This document shows positions 38,201 through 50,462 of a stretch of DNA of 64,000 nucleotides, piece by piece. Below the pieces are notes generated by a model. The model had not been told where the DNA came from. It saw nothing but the letters and a program-made list of their open reading frames with translations, and did not search any database. This DNA is from Bugula neritina (lineage: Eukaryota; Animalia; Bryozoa): the NCBI GenBank assembly GCA_964035545.1, contig OZ037767.1, positions 28,660,628 through 28,724,627 on the forward strand. Direction: 5' to 3'. The translations under genes were made by a program, and so were the position numbers. Position 1 is the stretch's first letter. Each line of letters starts with the position of its first letter.

Positions 38201-39653
38201 CTTCAGCAAGCCTTTCAAGATGGCTATTCATATCTTTGGAAAAGACTATGATGTCGTCTAGATATATTAGGACTGTTTGCCAATGTAACCCTCTCAGGAC
38301 AGTCTCCATCAATCGTTCAAATGTAGAGGGCGCTGAGGTTAACCCAAAAGGCAGGACTTGCCACTCCCACAAGCCGGACCTAGTAGAGAATGCCGCTTTT
38401 TCCTTGGCTGATTCTTCCAGTTCTACCTGCCAATAGCCACTAGTTAGATCTAGAGTGCTGAAATATTTGCTGCCTCCCAGCGCGTCTAAACTGTCATCTA
38501 TACGTGGGAGGGGGTAAGCATCCTTGTGTGTACTGTCATTAAGTTTGCGATAGTCAACACAGAAGCGCCAGGTTCCATCCTTCTTCTGTACTAATACAAC
38601 TGGTGAACTCCATGCACCATACCCTTCACGGATTAGTCCTTGGGCCTTCAATTCTTCTACCTGTCTTTCAATTTCTTCTTCTTGGACAGGGCCATGACGA
38701 TAAGGTCTCTGTTTGAGGGGTCGAGTCCCCGACACTAGAGGGATTTCATGTTTTACTAGATCTGTGCGACCTATGTCATATTTGTGGGCACTAAAAACTC
38801 CCCGGTGTCGCCTCAACATCTGTGTAGCTGCTTGTTTTTCTAATGGGGGCAGATGCTGGCACCACTTCTTCACTTCTTGTTCAAATGCATCTGGGGTAGC
38901 ACCTTCGGATTGCGGAGATTCAATGGACTCTACAGTACAGCATCTGGTGAGCACTTTTCCAGGTGGAATGGTGACTGGCTCCGTTGTATGGTTAAGCATC
39001 CTCACATAGATCTTTGGTTGCTGCTGAGGATGGTATAGTGCACTGGCGATTACCACCCCATCAGTGTAAGTTTTTGACTCCAAGAAAGCATGTTGACGAT
39101 TCCATGGCCGAACTATGCGGGCTTCCACAAGACTCTCTGCACGGGGCGGCAGAACTGTAACATATTTAGCCTGTACGTTGGCGTGGAAAGGCTGCCGTCG
39201 TTCATCACAACAGCTTATGGTTTGTTCTCCCATCCGGAACAAGCAATTAGAGAAATCTATGTAACAGTGAAATTGTTCGAAGAAATTGAGACCCAGTAGT
39301 ATTTGGTTGTCTAGATTGGCTACTAGGAACTGATGAGTGTAGACAGTAGAACCCAGTTTAAAGGTGAGGCATGTGGTACCTTCCAGTTTGACACTTTTTC
39401 CATCTGCGAGTGTGCAGTGCCCTGTTGTAGGAATGAGAGGCGTATAACAGTGGTCGGCAATTTGACGTATTACTGATGTAGGTAGGATTGACTGTGTGCA
39501 CCCACTGTCAAGTAACATAACCTCATCCTGGGTTCCAATCTTGACTGGAACATAGTAGGCGGTTCTCTGCTTCGTTAACCGGACATGTGTTCGACCCATA
39601 GGATTCAGTTCGACAGTGACTGGGTCATTTAGTGTCGAACTAAATCGTTTCCC
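35145..39653 (-). CDS. pol: Gypsy Pol polyprotein (protease, RT, RNase H, integrase), probably made as Gag-Pol by -1 frameshift
   Basis: ORF 35145..39599, open upstream to about 39656. Protease LLDSGC; RT YLDD; RNase H ILDTDASQVGTGAVLSQ; integrase HHCC (H..HLG..CQQC), DLCGP/SDQG/ERLNR; GPY/F motif LRPKYVGPY; no chromodomain. Confidence 0.97.
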   Translation of the reverse strand, partial: GKRFSSTLNDPVTVELNPMGRTHVRLTKQRTAYYVPVKIGTQDEVMLLDSGCTQSILPTSVIRQIADHCYTPLIPTTGHCTLADGKSVKLEGTTCLTFKLGSTVYTHQFLVANLDNQILLGLNFFEQFHCYIDFSNCLFRMGEQTISCCDERRQPFHANVQAKYVTVLPPRAESLVEARIVRPWNRQHAFLESKTYTDGVVIASALYHPQQQPKIYVRMLNHTTEPVTIPPGKVLTRCCTVESIESPQSEGATPDAFEQEVKKWCQHLPPLEKQAATQMLRRHRGVFSAHKYDIGRTDLVKHEIPLVSGTRPLKQRPYRHGPVQEEEIERQVEELKAQGLIREGYGAWSSPVVLVQKKDGTWRFCVDYRKLNDSTHKDAYPLPRIDDSLDALGGSKYFSTLDLTSGYWQVELEESAKEKAAFSTRSGLWEWQVLPFGLTSAPSTFERLMETVLRGLHWQTVLIYLDDIIVFSKDMNSHLERLAEVFQRLTAAGLKLKPQKCTLFAEQVQYLGHVVSQNGISTDDSKVQRVQEWPRPQHKTDVRAFLGTCGYYRRFIPRYSEVSRSLSQLCSKDSRFQWDEECELAFNKLKAHLVTAPILAYPDYAREFILDTDASQVGTGAVLSQIHGGEERVVSYYSKMYSSEESNYCVTRQELLAIIKAVRHFRPQLYGRQFLVRTDHASLVWLLQNPAPTGQLARWLETLSEYNFRIQHRKGRKHNNADGLSRQICKECKQCDRMFPSPEKKINLSQTALPNKEPRFHSTATQTDIVQGITTVQAAQFPIFHPKKTEPQEWSEWLKPPMAHRPMSLVPNAVNDQRVEVAAEVTHVAVKAVPQMNVEMDAIRQAQETDAVIGPVYRAFQKGVKPNVDQVGGETKALLRWWEELSLLGGRLMIKTRHRREGHMVTVLPRALRSEVVESIHKQAHLGVNKTLLGVQEKWYWPGMSAEIRRQVQGCQQCQQAKPVPHRSSNPQNHLHAGRPWQILAIDLCGPFPETNQGNTQILVLADHFTRWYDAIPIKNGTATTVARVLDERVFSYFGVPECIHSDQGKQFTSQIFQECCLLWGCDKTRSSPYHPQGNSVVERLNRTLGNSLRALLAESLHREWDLLVPQILRTIRATPHRITGETPNFLMLGREVKLPADLLFQQEDPQELPVEEFVDKLRERLQQVHERLRQQQMEIPQPEEEDSPYKEGDKVWLKSYYQGQGRGAKLRPKYVGPYTITKVLPFQTYRMVKDGKYSVQHEGRIKAYVESTDSRQKDRALAATPPVPGDTRPPTVAETPLPTIPSQDLVTNGFITEEEDDVEILPVTPQLSEDPAVVRPPGALPDAEPDVDVHNRTAVEPETDGLPSTSSMKELTKEESVDVNRKDDDHPQEGESAAIEELETYGEETHSADPGFRSNRQRRKPVRFGDYHLDRVHSWPKSNYTNRVVPKKSETQTILHADWFSNYHEEFPALVEAANPIKRLKKGPIPGRNSISGGDGVVKNIIRAIEQYTLRQVDGPE
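35212..35227 (-). other. Polypurine tract (short)
   Basis: GGAGGGGATGG on - immediately before the TG of the 3' LTR. Confidence 0.75.
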
Positions 39654-40465
39654 TGTCTAGATTGGGGACATCTCCTTGCATAGTGCCCTTTCTCTCCACA
39701 AGCATAGCAGGTAACTGGCGTTGGCGCAGTTCTAGGGTGTCGGCTTTGTACCGAGGCAGTTGACAAGGTCAATTTCTCCAGCATGGCTCCTTGAGTTTCC
39801 ATGAGTTTCTGCATCATCTTATTTTGCTGTGCCATGTATTGGTCCAGTCGAGCTTCTAACTCAACCATACTGTCGTTCTTCACTTGACGCACTGTGGTTG
39901 TGTTTGTTTGTAGTTGGGAAAATTGGTGGATGATGTCTATGGTGGCTTCCACAGTCTCTGGTGTGCGATGATTTAATTCCCAGCGTAATGTTTTATACTC
40001 ATCAGGTAATGCATTTATTAGCTCTTTAATAGTGCGCTTCATTCTACCATCCTCATCTAGTTCTGGGATGGCCATCTGAATTATTCTTTTTAGATAGTTG
40101 GCAAATTCGTGTATATTTTCTTTAGGGTTCCAGCTGACCTGCTTCAGTAGCTGACTGGCTCCTTGCTCTGTGAGTTGATACCTGGTTCGGAGTTGACCAG
40201 CACGATGTGTATAAGTGCCCTCTGGTAATCCACGCTTTGCTGCTCCAGTCACAGCCATATCAAAACGTAGCTCAGTTTCTGCATCCTCCCACTTATTAAG
40301 TACTCGGACTTGTTCGAACCTACGTAAGAACTCGTCCACATCAGTAGTGCCATCAAATGACGGGGGTGGTAGGCGAGTATGTTGCCGTTGATTAAGTATA
40401 GTAGCAGCCTCCTTTGCCATGTCTCGAATTCCTGCAGCGGCTTCACGAAGAGCTTCTTCTGCCAT
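39629..40465 (-). CDS. gag: Gypsy Gag with CCHC zinc knuckle
   Basis: 278-aa ORF with PPSFDGT..VDEFLRRFE near the N-terminus and CYACGEKGHYARRC. Confidence 0.95.
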   Translation of the reverse strand: MAEEALREAAAGIRDMAKEAATILNQRQHTRLPPPSFDGTTDVDEFLRRFEQVRVLNKWEDAETELRFDMAVTGAAKRGLPEGTYTHRAGQLRTRYQLTEQGASQLLKQVSWNPKENIHEFANYLKRIIQMAIPELDEDGRMKRTIKELINALPDEYKTLRWELNHRTPETVEATIDIIHQFSQLQTNTTTVRQVKNDSMVELEARLDQYMAQQNKMMQKLMETQGAMLEKLTLSTASVQSRHPRTAPTPVTCYACGEKGHYARRCPQSRQGNDLVRH

Positions 40466-40500
40466 TTTTATAGTGGGTTGTCTAGTATTGCTCTAGAAAT

Positions 40501-40518
40501 ATCCCACTGCTGCCACCA
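40501..40518 (-). other. Primer-binding site complementary to the tRNA-Leu 3' end
   Basis: TGGTGGCAGCAGTGGGAT on -, 1 nt after the 5' LTR. The + strand reads ATCCCACTGCTGCCACCA, like the 3' end of eukaryotic tRNA-Leu(AAG/UAG). Confidence 0.85.
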
Positions 40519-40519
40519 G

Positions 40520-41512
40520 TGAAGTAAATTTGTGTCTGACACCAGGTGTCACTATTGACGGTAAGTAATCTCACTTAACAATGAGGGTCGGAATAGAATT
40601 CCCTTGTGCGGAAAACTAATTAAACTATCTAATACTGTTTGTTGCCAAATTATTTGCTAATGTGATTTTAATATTTTCCAGTGACTATTGATTTCTGGTG
40701 TTCGGTAACAGTGCTGGAGTGTGATAGGGACACGGCTATGGTTCGCCGATTTATATCACAGCAACTGTAGTCAGAGACAGTGACAGAAATCTAATTCCTG
40801 ATGTTCGAATCGCAGAGACTCGACAGGAATTCCGCAACGCAAGAGAGTCACTACAGTGGAAAAATGATTTCTGGTGTTCGGTAACAGTGCTGGAGCGTGA
40901 CAGGGACACGGCTATGGTTCGCCGATTTATATCACAGCAGCTGTAGTCAGAGACAGTGACAGAAATCAGATTCCTGGGATTTGAATCACCGAGATTCAAC
41001 AGGAATTGCAGCGCAAGTAATCACCATTGACAAACCTATAGAAACTAACCACCACTATTGCCAACTCAATAGCAACCTAATCAAAGAGCAGAGTATTTCG
41101 CAAAGAATAAAATTTATTATATTTATAAGAGTCAATTATAAACATTACAACAGGCAACAGTCGACTGACTGCTACTAAAAATTACAACTCTATTTATATC
41201 CATATTACGGACGTCTTGGAGCACAAAACGGACGTCTTGGAGTACAACCAATTATTTACATACAAAAATTTTATAAAACTCAACAAATTTAATATAAAAT
41301 TAGCATTACAACTTGTATCAACCAATCACAATATATCAAAATTAGTTGACCTAGCTTTGAGTTAGTTAAATTATATTGCCAGAATGATTTAACTTGCAAG
41401 TCCGATAAAAATCACCTTGACCTAGTCTCTATATTCACAATATTGTTATTCAGGGCCGTCAACTTGACGCAACGTGTACTGCTCGATGGCTCTAATAATA
41501 TTTTTTACTACA
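40520..41512 (-). repeat. 5' LTR
   Basis: Matches 34219-35211; followed on - by the PBS. Confidence 0.97.
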
Positions 41513-42919
41513 ACATATATAAAGTAATCAACAGTTGCACTGCACTTTACATCAAAGCAATATTAACATTGTTTATGAGTATAGAAAACTTAAACAATAA
41601 ATTATTAAAAGATTGAAAGGTGTTAATCTCAAAACTACATTAGGAAATCAATTTTTCTATCAAAAATAAAAGTGTCAAATACAGATGATTTGCAGATGAT
41701 GAGGTGGATTTTAGCTACGGTATTAGCCAAGAACTGTAAATCTTTTAACTGAAAGTTTTCAAAATAATTTTTAAATTTCAGGTAAACTTTGTTTAAGAAA
41801 CCCAACTGTATCACAGGATATTAAACTTTAATTGTTGTGTAGGGAGAAAATTGGAGCTCACACCAATTCAGGGGAAGCCAGAAAATATCATAAACAAGCA
41901 TATACTATAAGTATATCATATAAAAAGAAAACACAAACTAACAACATCTTCAAAACTACTATAAAGTCTAAGAAAAAGTTTAGCAGCTATGCTCTAGCAG
42001 ATAAACAAAAGCAGCTTAAAGTTGAAGTTACACCTACTGACACTGACAGTCAAAATAAAAAGGGAGTATTACCATTGTTGTAGTTTATAAGATTTAGGTT
42101 AGGTTTCAGATTCAATATTACCATTACCATGAATTATCATAACCATTATCATTATGATTAATACTTATGGTTATACTATCACTATGAGTATCAGTATGAG
42201 TATGAGCATGACACTGATAGCACGAATATAAAATATCATTTAATATGACTATTAATATTAGTATTTACTTTTAGTATTAGTGTTCCTATTAGTATTACTA
42301 GTCTCACTGTAAGTGTAACGTAATTGTAAGACTATCCCTAAGACTAAGAGTAAGAGTGTTACTGTTCGACTCAGAGTTAGTGTAACGGTAAGACTAAGAC
42401 AGTAAGTGTAACTGAGTAAGAGTTAGACTTAAACTTAAAGTAAGTGTATAAGCTTAAGCTACGCCACGAAACTGAGTACAATAGCACACGTTCGTGCTTT
42501 CTGTAAAATTGAATAAATTCATATTGGTAGGTCAATTAGGTTTGGCGTAATCAATCTAAACATTTCACAATAAAATAGAAAGTCTGTGTTATGGGACATA
42601 GCCCACAGGATTTGACTGTCCCCTAAGCTGTATGACTCAGAGAGCAACTCCACCTATAACTTATTCACGTAAACTATAGCCTACTTTTTCAACTCAGCAC
42701 AGTTCTACCGAGAACGGGTAAACGCAATTACAATTTCTATTATAGCGTAACTCTGTAAAGTTCTTGATTGAAAGATTATAGTCTATAAGAGATTTTGCTA
42801 AGATTACACCACGTGACTAATCTTAATTAAATTAAAGAAAACTTGTTATACAGTTATTGTTTAACAAAATTAGATAATTTTTAATTTTTAAATTTTAGTT
42901 TATTTTCATTTATTTTTAA

Positions 42920-43080
42920 CCTACCAACAATAATATGTTTTTTGTCGACTAAACTTTTGTGCTAAACAAGCTTCCGGATTTCCTTCCCCTACAGAAGTTT
43001 TGTTTTCCTCAAATCTCAGTTCAAGCCGGTAGTACTTTCTATTTTGATATTTTGGTGAAGTTTCCTTGTTATTGGATAAA
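42920..43080. promoter_or_regulatory. Probable bidirectional promoter for aPKC (non-coding exon 1) and CAPZB
   Basis: Minus-strand donor TTG|GTAGGT at 42923-42924; Ets-type CCGGAAG at 42971-42977; CAPZB ATG at 43081. The aPKC ATG exon has an upstream acceptor (about 34104-34109), implying a 5' non-coding exon. Confidence 0.55.
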
Positions 43081-46000
43081 ATGGTATGTGCAAATATAAA
43101 TAGTTTTATTTGTTTAGTCTAATTGATGAATGATTCGTGTCGTGCTATTTTTGTGCGAACTGTGAAGCCTCAATATAAATCTCATGCTAATGCTATCAAG
43201 TATCAAATTCAATAATATAAATTAAAATATTAATTAAATTGAAATTCAATATCATCATACTCATACTGATACAGTGATACTCATACTAATACTCATACTA
43301 ATACTCATTGTGATAGTCACAGTGATAGTCATAGTGGTAGTAATGCTCATGCTGATACTCATAGTCACTCATGATTGTGAATTGGCCATGTGCCTAGTGC
43401 CTACTCATTATCACAGTGAGTGTGACAATGATGATAATATTTATAATATGTACCATTGTCATGGTGATACTGATACTAAATCATGTGATGGTTGCATTCT
43501 GTTTTAAAACATATTTATATTGCTATTTTCTATTGGTATTAGTGTCTAATTTTATGAGCATAGTACTAGTTAATACAAATGTTCATGGCCGTAATTGTTA
43601 AAATAATTTTTTCGTTTTCATGATGGCACTCATTGTACAATGAAGTGACAATCTTATTAATTATGATTGTTATGAATATTTTTTAATTGATCTAACATAT
43701 GTTTTTACACTATTGAATTTAATCTGCTACTTTCTGACAGACACTATGACCATTATTAATTGAATCTAATAGCTTTTACTCTGTTTTTGCACTATTTCCA
43801 TTCCAAAGAATTATGTATACCTTACTTTTTATTAACTCAGTAATGTTTGCACTGATTGACAGTATATGGAGCAGTGATGAGTATTGCTTACAGTATAGGT
43901 ATACTAGTGTAGGTCTGTATGACAGTTATAGTTTGATGATATTGTCCTGGTTTTAATTATATATTGCATTTGATTAAAAATGTCTAGCAATTAGCAATCT
44001 CTTTCAAAATTGAGTAAAACTAGTGAATATTCAGCTTAGTCAATCTTTAAATATAGTTTATATTTATTTTATGCAATTTGAATACAAAAATATATCAGTT
44101 TTGATGTCTATAATTTAGAAATCCATTTATAAATCATGGATTAAAAAGATGTGTTATTTTAGCTTTTTGTTCAGTAGTTGTAGAAAGTTTTGTCATTACA
44201 TTGAATAGGGGGACCAGCAGCTTGACTGTGCCTTGGATTTGATGCGAAGGCTTCCACCTCAACAGATTGAGAAAAACCTCGGAGACCTCATAGACATCGT
44301 GCCACACTTGTGTGAAGATTTGCTGTCGGCTGTTGATCAACCTCTTAAAATTGCTAAAGATAAAAAGAGTGGCAAAGATTACTTGCTGTGCGACTACAAC
44401 AGAGATGGCGACTCTTACAGGTCTGGTAGTTATCTTATCTTGTATGTCACCTCAGTAGTTATTTCTCAGTCATACTCAACACAACTGATGTTTCTTGCAG
44501 ATCTCCTTGGAGTAACGAGTATGAACCACCTCTGGATGAGGAGGGTGCCATGCCTTCAGACAGACTTAGGAGGCTAGAAGTTGAAGCCAATGACGCTTTT
44601 GATAATTATAGACAATTGTGAGTGGTTACAATTTCTTTGGCTTTTTTGGTGAACAAGTTAGAGGATTTTTTATTTATTTAGTTTCCCTGAAAATGGCACA
44701 AGGTTTTACTTTAGCTTTCTGCAAATATCCGAACCATTGTTTTGAATCTGAGTGTTTTTCTGAAGCCAAAAGCAAAATCATAATTTTTATTGGTATAGCT
44801 GCACAAACTAGTTATATCTGGTTTGTTTGAAGGTATTTTGAAGGGGGCGTGTCCTCCGTATACCTGTGGGACTTGGAGTCCGGTGGGTTTGCTGGAGTTG
44901 TTCTTATTAAAAAAGCCGGAGATGGATCCAAGAAAATCAAGGTGAGTTCCTTTATTAGTTGTGGTCAGTTGCTACTTTCTGAAATAGTGGTTTGCTTAAG
45001 TTTAACTTTTAACTACTGGTTTGTGAGTTGGTTTCAGTGACTTCTAGGTACAAACTATAGCTGGGCCAGTTTAAAGTTTGATTAACAAGTGTTGAAAGTT
45101 TTGAGGCGTGGCTTTCAAGCTTACAAAAGCTGTGTGTAGTTGAAATCAAGAAGCTCTCATCTGTAACCTTAGCATTCATTTTATAGAACATGATTAACAA
45201 AAACTTGTTTTTGGTAAAGAAAGGAATGATATCAGATTTAATTAATATATCTTGCTGGGTGATTTACATTTCACTATAGATGAGACACTATAAAATTTCT
45301 ATAATGCAATAGTTGGTCCATTGCATTCTCAGAATTACATTTTCTGTTGTGAAACTTATTTTACAAAAGTTGGAACGTGCAGTACATGTTTGTCAATCGC
45401 CATTTGCAAGCATTGCACTGCCATTTTGTAATGTCACTGCCTAGCATTAGCTCTAAAGGTTTTGTACAAGGCTAGAGTAATCTGCTTAGACCAAGTTCTC
45501 AGAAAGAAGGTTTTCATGCCAGTGTTGTATGAGCTACTTATACTAAGGCTTCATATCTCACCATTTTGTGTGGTAGGGATTGGGTGATCTTTCAAGAATT
45601 GTTAGCACAATGTGTAAATTTTTAGATTATATACTCCATGTAATAAATAGTATCCTCTATATAGTTAATAGTATACTCTATATAGTAAATAGTATTTATG
45701 GTGTGTACCTAGGGATGCTGGGATAGCATTCACGTTATTGAGGTGGTAGAGAAGTCCGGTGGTAGAAATGCACACTACAAGATCACATCTACAGTTATGT
45801 TGTGGTTACAAACCAACAAGGAGAGTTCTGGCAGCATGAACTTGAGTGGCAGCCTAACCAGACAGGTTGGTTGATGTCTGGTTGCTATCGGTTAGCAATG
45901 TGTTGTTTGTCGCTTTATATCATATATTTTTATTAGTCATTTTCTGTTGTCATGGCGATTTATCTCATATTTAGTAATTGCTACAGAGTATGTTCGTGTA

Positions 46001-46726
46001 TACTTGCAGCATGAATTAGAATCACCAGTCAGTGAAGCCACCTCACATGTTGCTAACATCGGTAAACTGGTAGAGGTAAGTTATCTTTTCATCTACAGTA
46101 AGTATTACTAGTACTGGCAAACTTTTCACATACGGTGAGTATTACTAATACTACCAAACTAGTAGAGCCAAATTGTCTCTTCATCTACAGTACATGTTCG
46201 AAGTGTAGTAAAAAAGCTAAGAAAAAATATCCTTTTTGGATTTGTTATCCCTTTTAGATGTCTTGAATAACTCTATTTACATTCAATGACCCATGAAACT
46301 GTTGTTGGATAACTGAATGGCATACCTGTGCTGTGTCATGCAGAACTATTGTTATTATTACTATTATTAGTAAATAACCTGGTCATACTATGCTCAAAAA
46401 TAAACAAGAGGATATTATAGTTTATTATTTAAGATGGGTTTAATGTTGGGATATGATCACATCTGGTATTTGACTTCCAGCTAATATTCTACATTCCTGT
46501 GTGGTAGACTTTGCTGTATAGGTAGTTGTGTGTCTCATATGGAGTTGTAATTTTATAGGACCTGGAGAATAGGATGAGAAGCACTCTTAATGAAATATAC
46601 TTCAGTAAAACTAGAGACATCGTCAACTCGCTTCGGTCCGTTGAGCCGATTCCTGACCAGCGACAGCAACAAATGCTTCAGACAGACTTGGCTGCCGCCT
46701 TATCCAAGAGAGCGCAAAACAACTAA
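43081..46726 (+). CDS. CAPZB: F-actin capping protein subunit beta, 7 coding exons, about 275 aa
   Basis: Exons 43081-43083 (ATG only), 44209-44420, 44501-44617, 44833-44941, 45713-45865, 46010-46075, 46559-46726 (828 nt). Sequence [25 protein letters not shown]...[20 protein letters not shown]...[14 protein letters not shown]...GCWDSIHV...[20 protein letters not shown]. Confidence 0.97.
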
Positions 46727-49700
46727 CTTAATCATTTTCATTCTAGACCTCCATCCTTGTCGTTAGATAAACTTTGCATTATGCTATGGAGTTGTACGGA
46801 GATTAGTAGCTGGGAACATTCTGTCCTTCATGTTATTTCAATTTCTTATGAACATCTAATACATTCTGTGTCTATTTAGCTTGCATTGTTACGATTCCAG
46901 TATCTGTTGTATTTCCATTGCATGCACTGGCCTGTGTGAGTGGCTCTAGTAGTAATGTAAGTAACATGCAATTGGTTTATACAAGAACTTTTGCTTTCTA
47001 ATGTTTCTTTGATGCCCATGGAGTTGTCAACCCTTGTAATCATAAACTTGATCTACCAATAGTAGTTGGTAGTCTACTAGATAGTGGCAATTCGACATGT
47101 ACATCTAACATAAATATAATCTTTTTTTAATTTAACTTTTTATTAAGAATATACTGTTGTTGATTCTTCCAACTATTTGTGTTATTTACTCCTGTTACTT
47201 TATCATCAGCTATCAAAAGGTCCTGAGTGTTTTGCCAACCACAGTTCTTACTAGTACTTCTGCCAGTGTGATTAAAGTGGAAATTGTTTTTCAATTTGAA
47301 AACTTTCTTTAAACCCCTTTCATAACTCAAGTCTTAGTACGTTCTGTAGAGGTTAATATGAAACTAGACATATTGCACATAAATTCGTCATGTAAAAGTG
47401 GACCAGTGGTCTATTTAAAATTGCAATTATTGATGTTACTAGTTGCTAGCTGTCAAGTTCTAAGTGTTGAGCAAAATTTTCAAAAATTTAAATACCTTAA
47501 AAGCCCTCTAGTTGTATTGGTTTGTTTTGCTACATAACTCTAAGTCACTTATTAGTTTAATCGATGCAACAGCACAGTCAAATAACAGCCATTAATTTAG
47601 TAATTAGCAAGAAATTGCATATATTAATTTTTTATTATAATTTTCTACCCAAAAATCGATAGTGGGTTGTTATTTCAGAATTCAAAGTTCTTAAAATTTC
47701 AATTAAACAAGGTGTATGTAAATATATTCCATGAAGTTTCTGCAAATGAGAATTTATAACTTGGCAACAGATTTTGGTTTCAACAGCTAGCAGCAGATTT
47801 CGATATTCCAACAGCTGGTATCTTTTCCAAGCTCTGTCTGATCGCCATACTTATTTATGAACAGATGTTCATTTATATGCATGGCTATTAAAATGTTTTA
47901 GAGAACTACAGATTGCGGGATCAGATAAAGCAATCTGTGTATGTGCAGAGTAGTTCAAAGCATACAAATTTAGTTAAATAAAAATATTAATAATTTTCAC
48001 ATTCCCCTTCGCAATTTAAAACAGCTACCTACAATATTTTACTGTCTATAGATTGTTATAACCAATGATGACTACAGATTTTTGAAAACTCAGACCAGCT
48101 ATGAATGCTGAAACGAGAAACTAACACATGTGCTAGATTATTCCATATTATAGCTCTTATTTAATCAGCAAAGTTACAACTCGGGTGGAGCTGAATTTAT
48201 CCTAGATAATGTCAAAAGTGTTTTCAGGGCATTTACAAAATCCCTAAAGGAAAATATTACATCACAGTTATCATTCTTAGAACCCAACAGTTTTGTCATT
48301 TAGACCATCATATGTTAAAATAGCCATTAGAAAATAAATTTTACTGCTGTATAAAGTTATAGACCAATACCTGTCAACCAGTTGCTTCATGAGTATATAA
48401 TACACCATTCTTTCCAATTTTCTGTGTTTACTTATATTATATGTGATAGTAATTTCATTTAAAATGCAGTTCATAGTATGTTTTTTATTTATCATATGAC
48501 AGCAAGTTTTGATACCAACTTAAAAAAGCTATAAATTTTTGTGACAGAGCAGATGTATAAAATGCATGAAGTAAATGTTTTTTCCACTTTCATTTGATTT
48601 TACATACCCACCACTTTATATAAAAATTTGACAATTTAAATTTAACTTAAATTTGAGCTAGTTGATAGTTCTTACTGTATTTAAAGGTAGTTTACTGTGT
48701 TTGTTCTGCGTAGGTTTTGTATTTATGAACAAAAGATATAATTACATATCACAATGAGTAATTGTCATGTCTGCAAAGTGCATTCAACAACACACAGCTA
48801 CGCAGTTTCTTATAAAATTTAATACTTAAATTCACATAACGTGGGTGTGTGGGAAACTTAATTCAAAGATATTTAATAATAAAGTATTGAGTTCTAGGGC
48901 TAATTATTGGTCTATATGTGTAGATCCTATAGGCTATGATCATGTCATATAAAAACTCCTACATATGCACTAGTTTTTAACACATACAAAATGTGAAGTA
49001 TTTTTGCAAACTCCTGTTATATTATAGATGGTTATATAATTTAGCAAATGTTTTATAAGCTGTTGACATTTAGACTGGACAGTCTTGCTATATTTTAGTT
49101 AGCCCGTTGACCATCAGTTGGAAAAGTATTGACAGTTTGGGCTTTAAGTATCCTACCTCGATAAACTTAATTCCATTAGTGCAGGCACCATAGCATGTAA
49201 AGCTACCCAACGCAAGGACATCCTTGGCATATAACATACGTGTATGAAAATATTTTGTATAAAATTACAGAAGCAACAAAAACTTTTTTGAGTAATTGAA
49301 AATACAAATAACTGCTTGGTTATTTATTTGCTTATTTATGTTAGAATTTGTCTAAATTGTGTCATCATACTTATTTTACCATCAGAAGTTCTTGGCCCAA
49401 TCTGGTTAAATAGTGTCTCAGCATGCAGTTACTAAATATAGATTACTCAGGTTGTTTCCTCGTGGCCCAGTACTGGTCACGAACTTGAGACAGTCTGAAC
49501 TCACAGGGACTATCATATTGTCTGGTTCCTTGTATTGTTAGCTATTGACACTAATTAAATTATATAATGATTATTATCAATTACTATTAATATTTAATAC
49601 CTATTTACCAATAGTGGATATAAAGTTTTGTTGTATATTTACAAAATAATCTTGTGAAGCCTTGTCCTGAAGATGTCACTTATATGTGTAGCAGTTACTC

Positions 49701-50388
49701 ACAGAAAGAAATTAGAGAAGACAACTAATAGTAGGTTATATATTTTCTGCAGATATAGAAACTAAATAAATGTGTAACTAACACAATGTAGCCTGCAATG
49801 TTTTGGAATTAGTCATTTTAAGCCACAATATGTGAAAGCTAAATTCCTTTAATCAACAAGAGCTTTTCTCTTCACAGTTTGTGTAAAACCAACAATACAA
49901 GCCACTAGAAGTACTTCCTTTTTGCCTATTGAGTTTGTAACAGCTAACAAGTGGTGATTTCCTGCCAACTATAATCAGTGAACAAGACTATCACATTTTA
50001 TCTTAACCATTCAGCACATAAACCTAGCACATTAGCTTCTGCTTTAATTAGAACAGAATATTTTGAGAGAGAAAATTGTGTGTACTTGCCCTTGATAGCT
50101 ATTACAGAATTTACTATTAATGTTCTTACACGCATCATTCTTCCTGATATTTCTTTATTTTTAAGACTGGCCCAGATGATAGTAAGCCAAGGTTTACTTT
50201 ACTTGCCATAATTAGCAAATTGAAAGACACAACTTGCTGCTTTGTCCATGCACTAACAGTAAAGGGACCATTTAGTCACTATACCATGCGTTTGTCCCTC
50301 ATTGGTCCATACATAAAGGGAAATGCTAATTTATCAACCATATCATTGACTATATAACGAAATTAATTATGCCATAGATGTGGAAGGG

Positions 50389-50396
50389 TATATAAG
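50389..50396 (+). promoter_or_regulatory. TATA box of the putative neuropeptide gene
   Basis: TATATAAG about 70 bp upstream of ATG 50463; ATTGG (reverse CCAAT) at 50301. Confidence 0.55.
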
Positions 50397-50462
50397 CAGT
50401 TGGATGTCAAGAGACAGTGTTAGACAGGTATCGCTACTGAAGAGCTTCATTCAGGACTAATC

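Larger units (their letters stand above)
34219..41512 (-). mobile_element. Full-length Ty3/Gypsy LTR retrotransposon (7294 bp)
   Basis: Two 993-bp LTRs offset by 6301 bp (TGTAGTAAA...TTTACTTCA on -); TSD ACAT at 34215-34218 and 41513-41516; PBS; PPT; uninterrupted gag and pol with PR-RT-RH-IN order. Confidence 0.98.

Noticed and set aside
35440-39299. Plus-strand and alternative-frame ORFs within pol
   Set aside because: Shadow ORFs of a long coding region with no recognisable motifs; no env-like ORF found.
43274-43601. Hydrophobic ILILIL ORFs
   Set aside because: Translation of the hexamer simple repeat in CAPZB intron 1.
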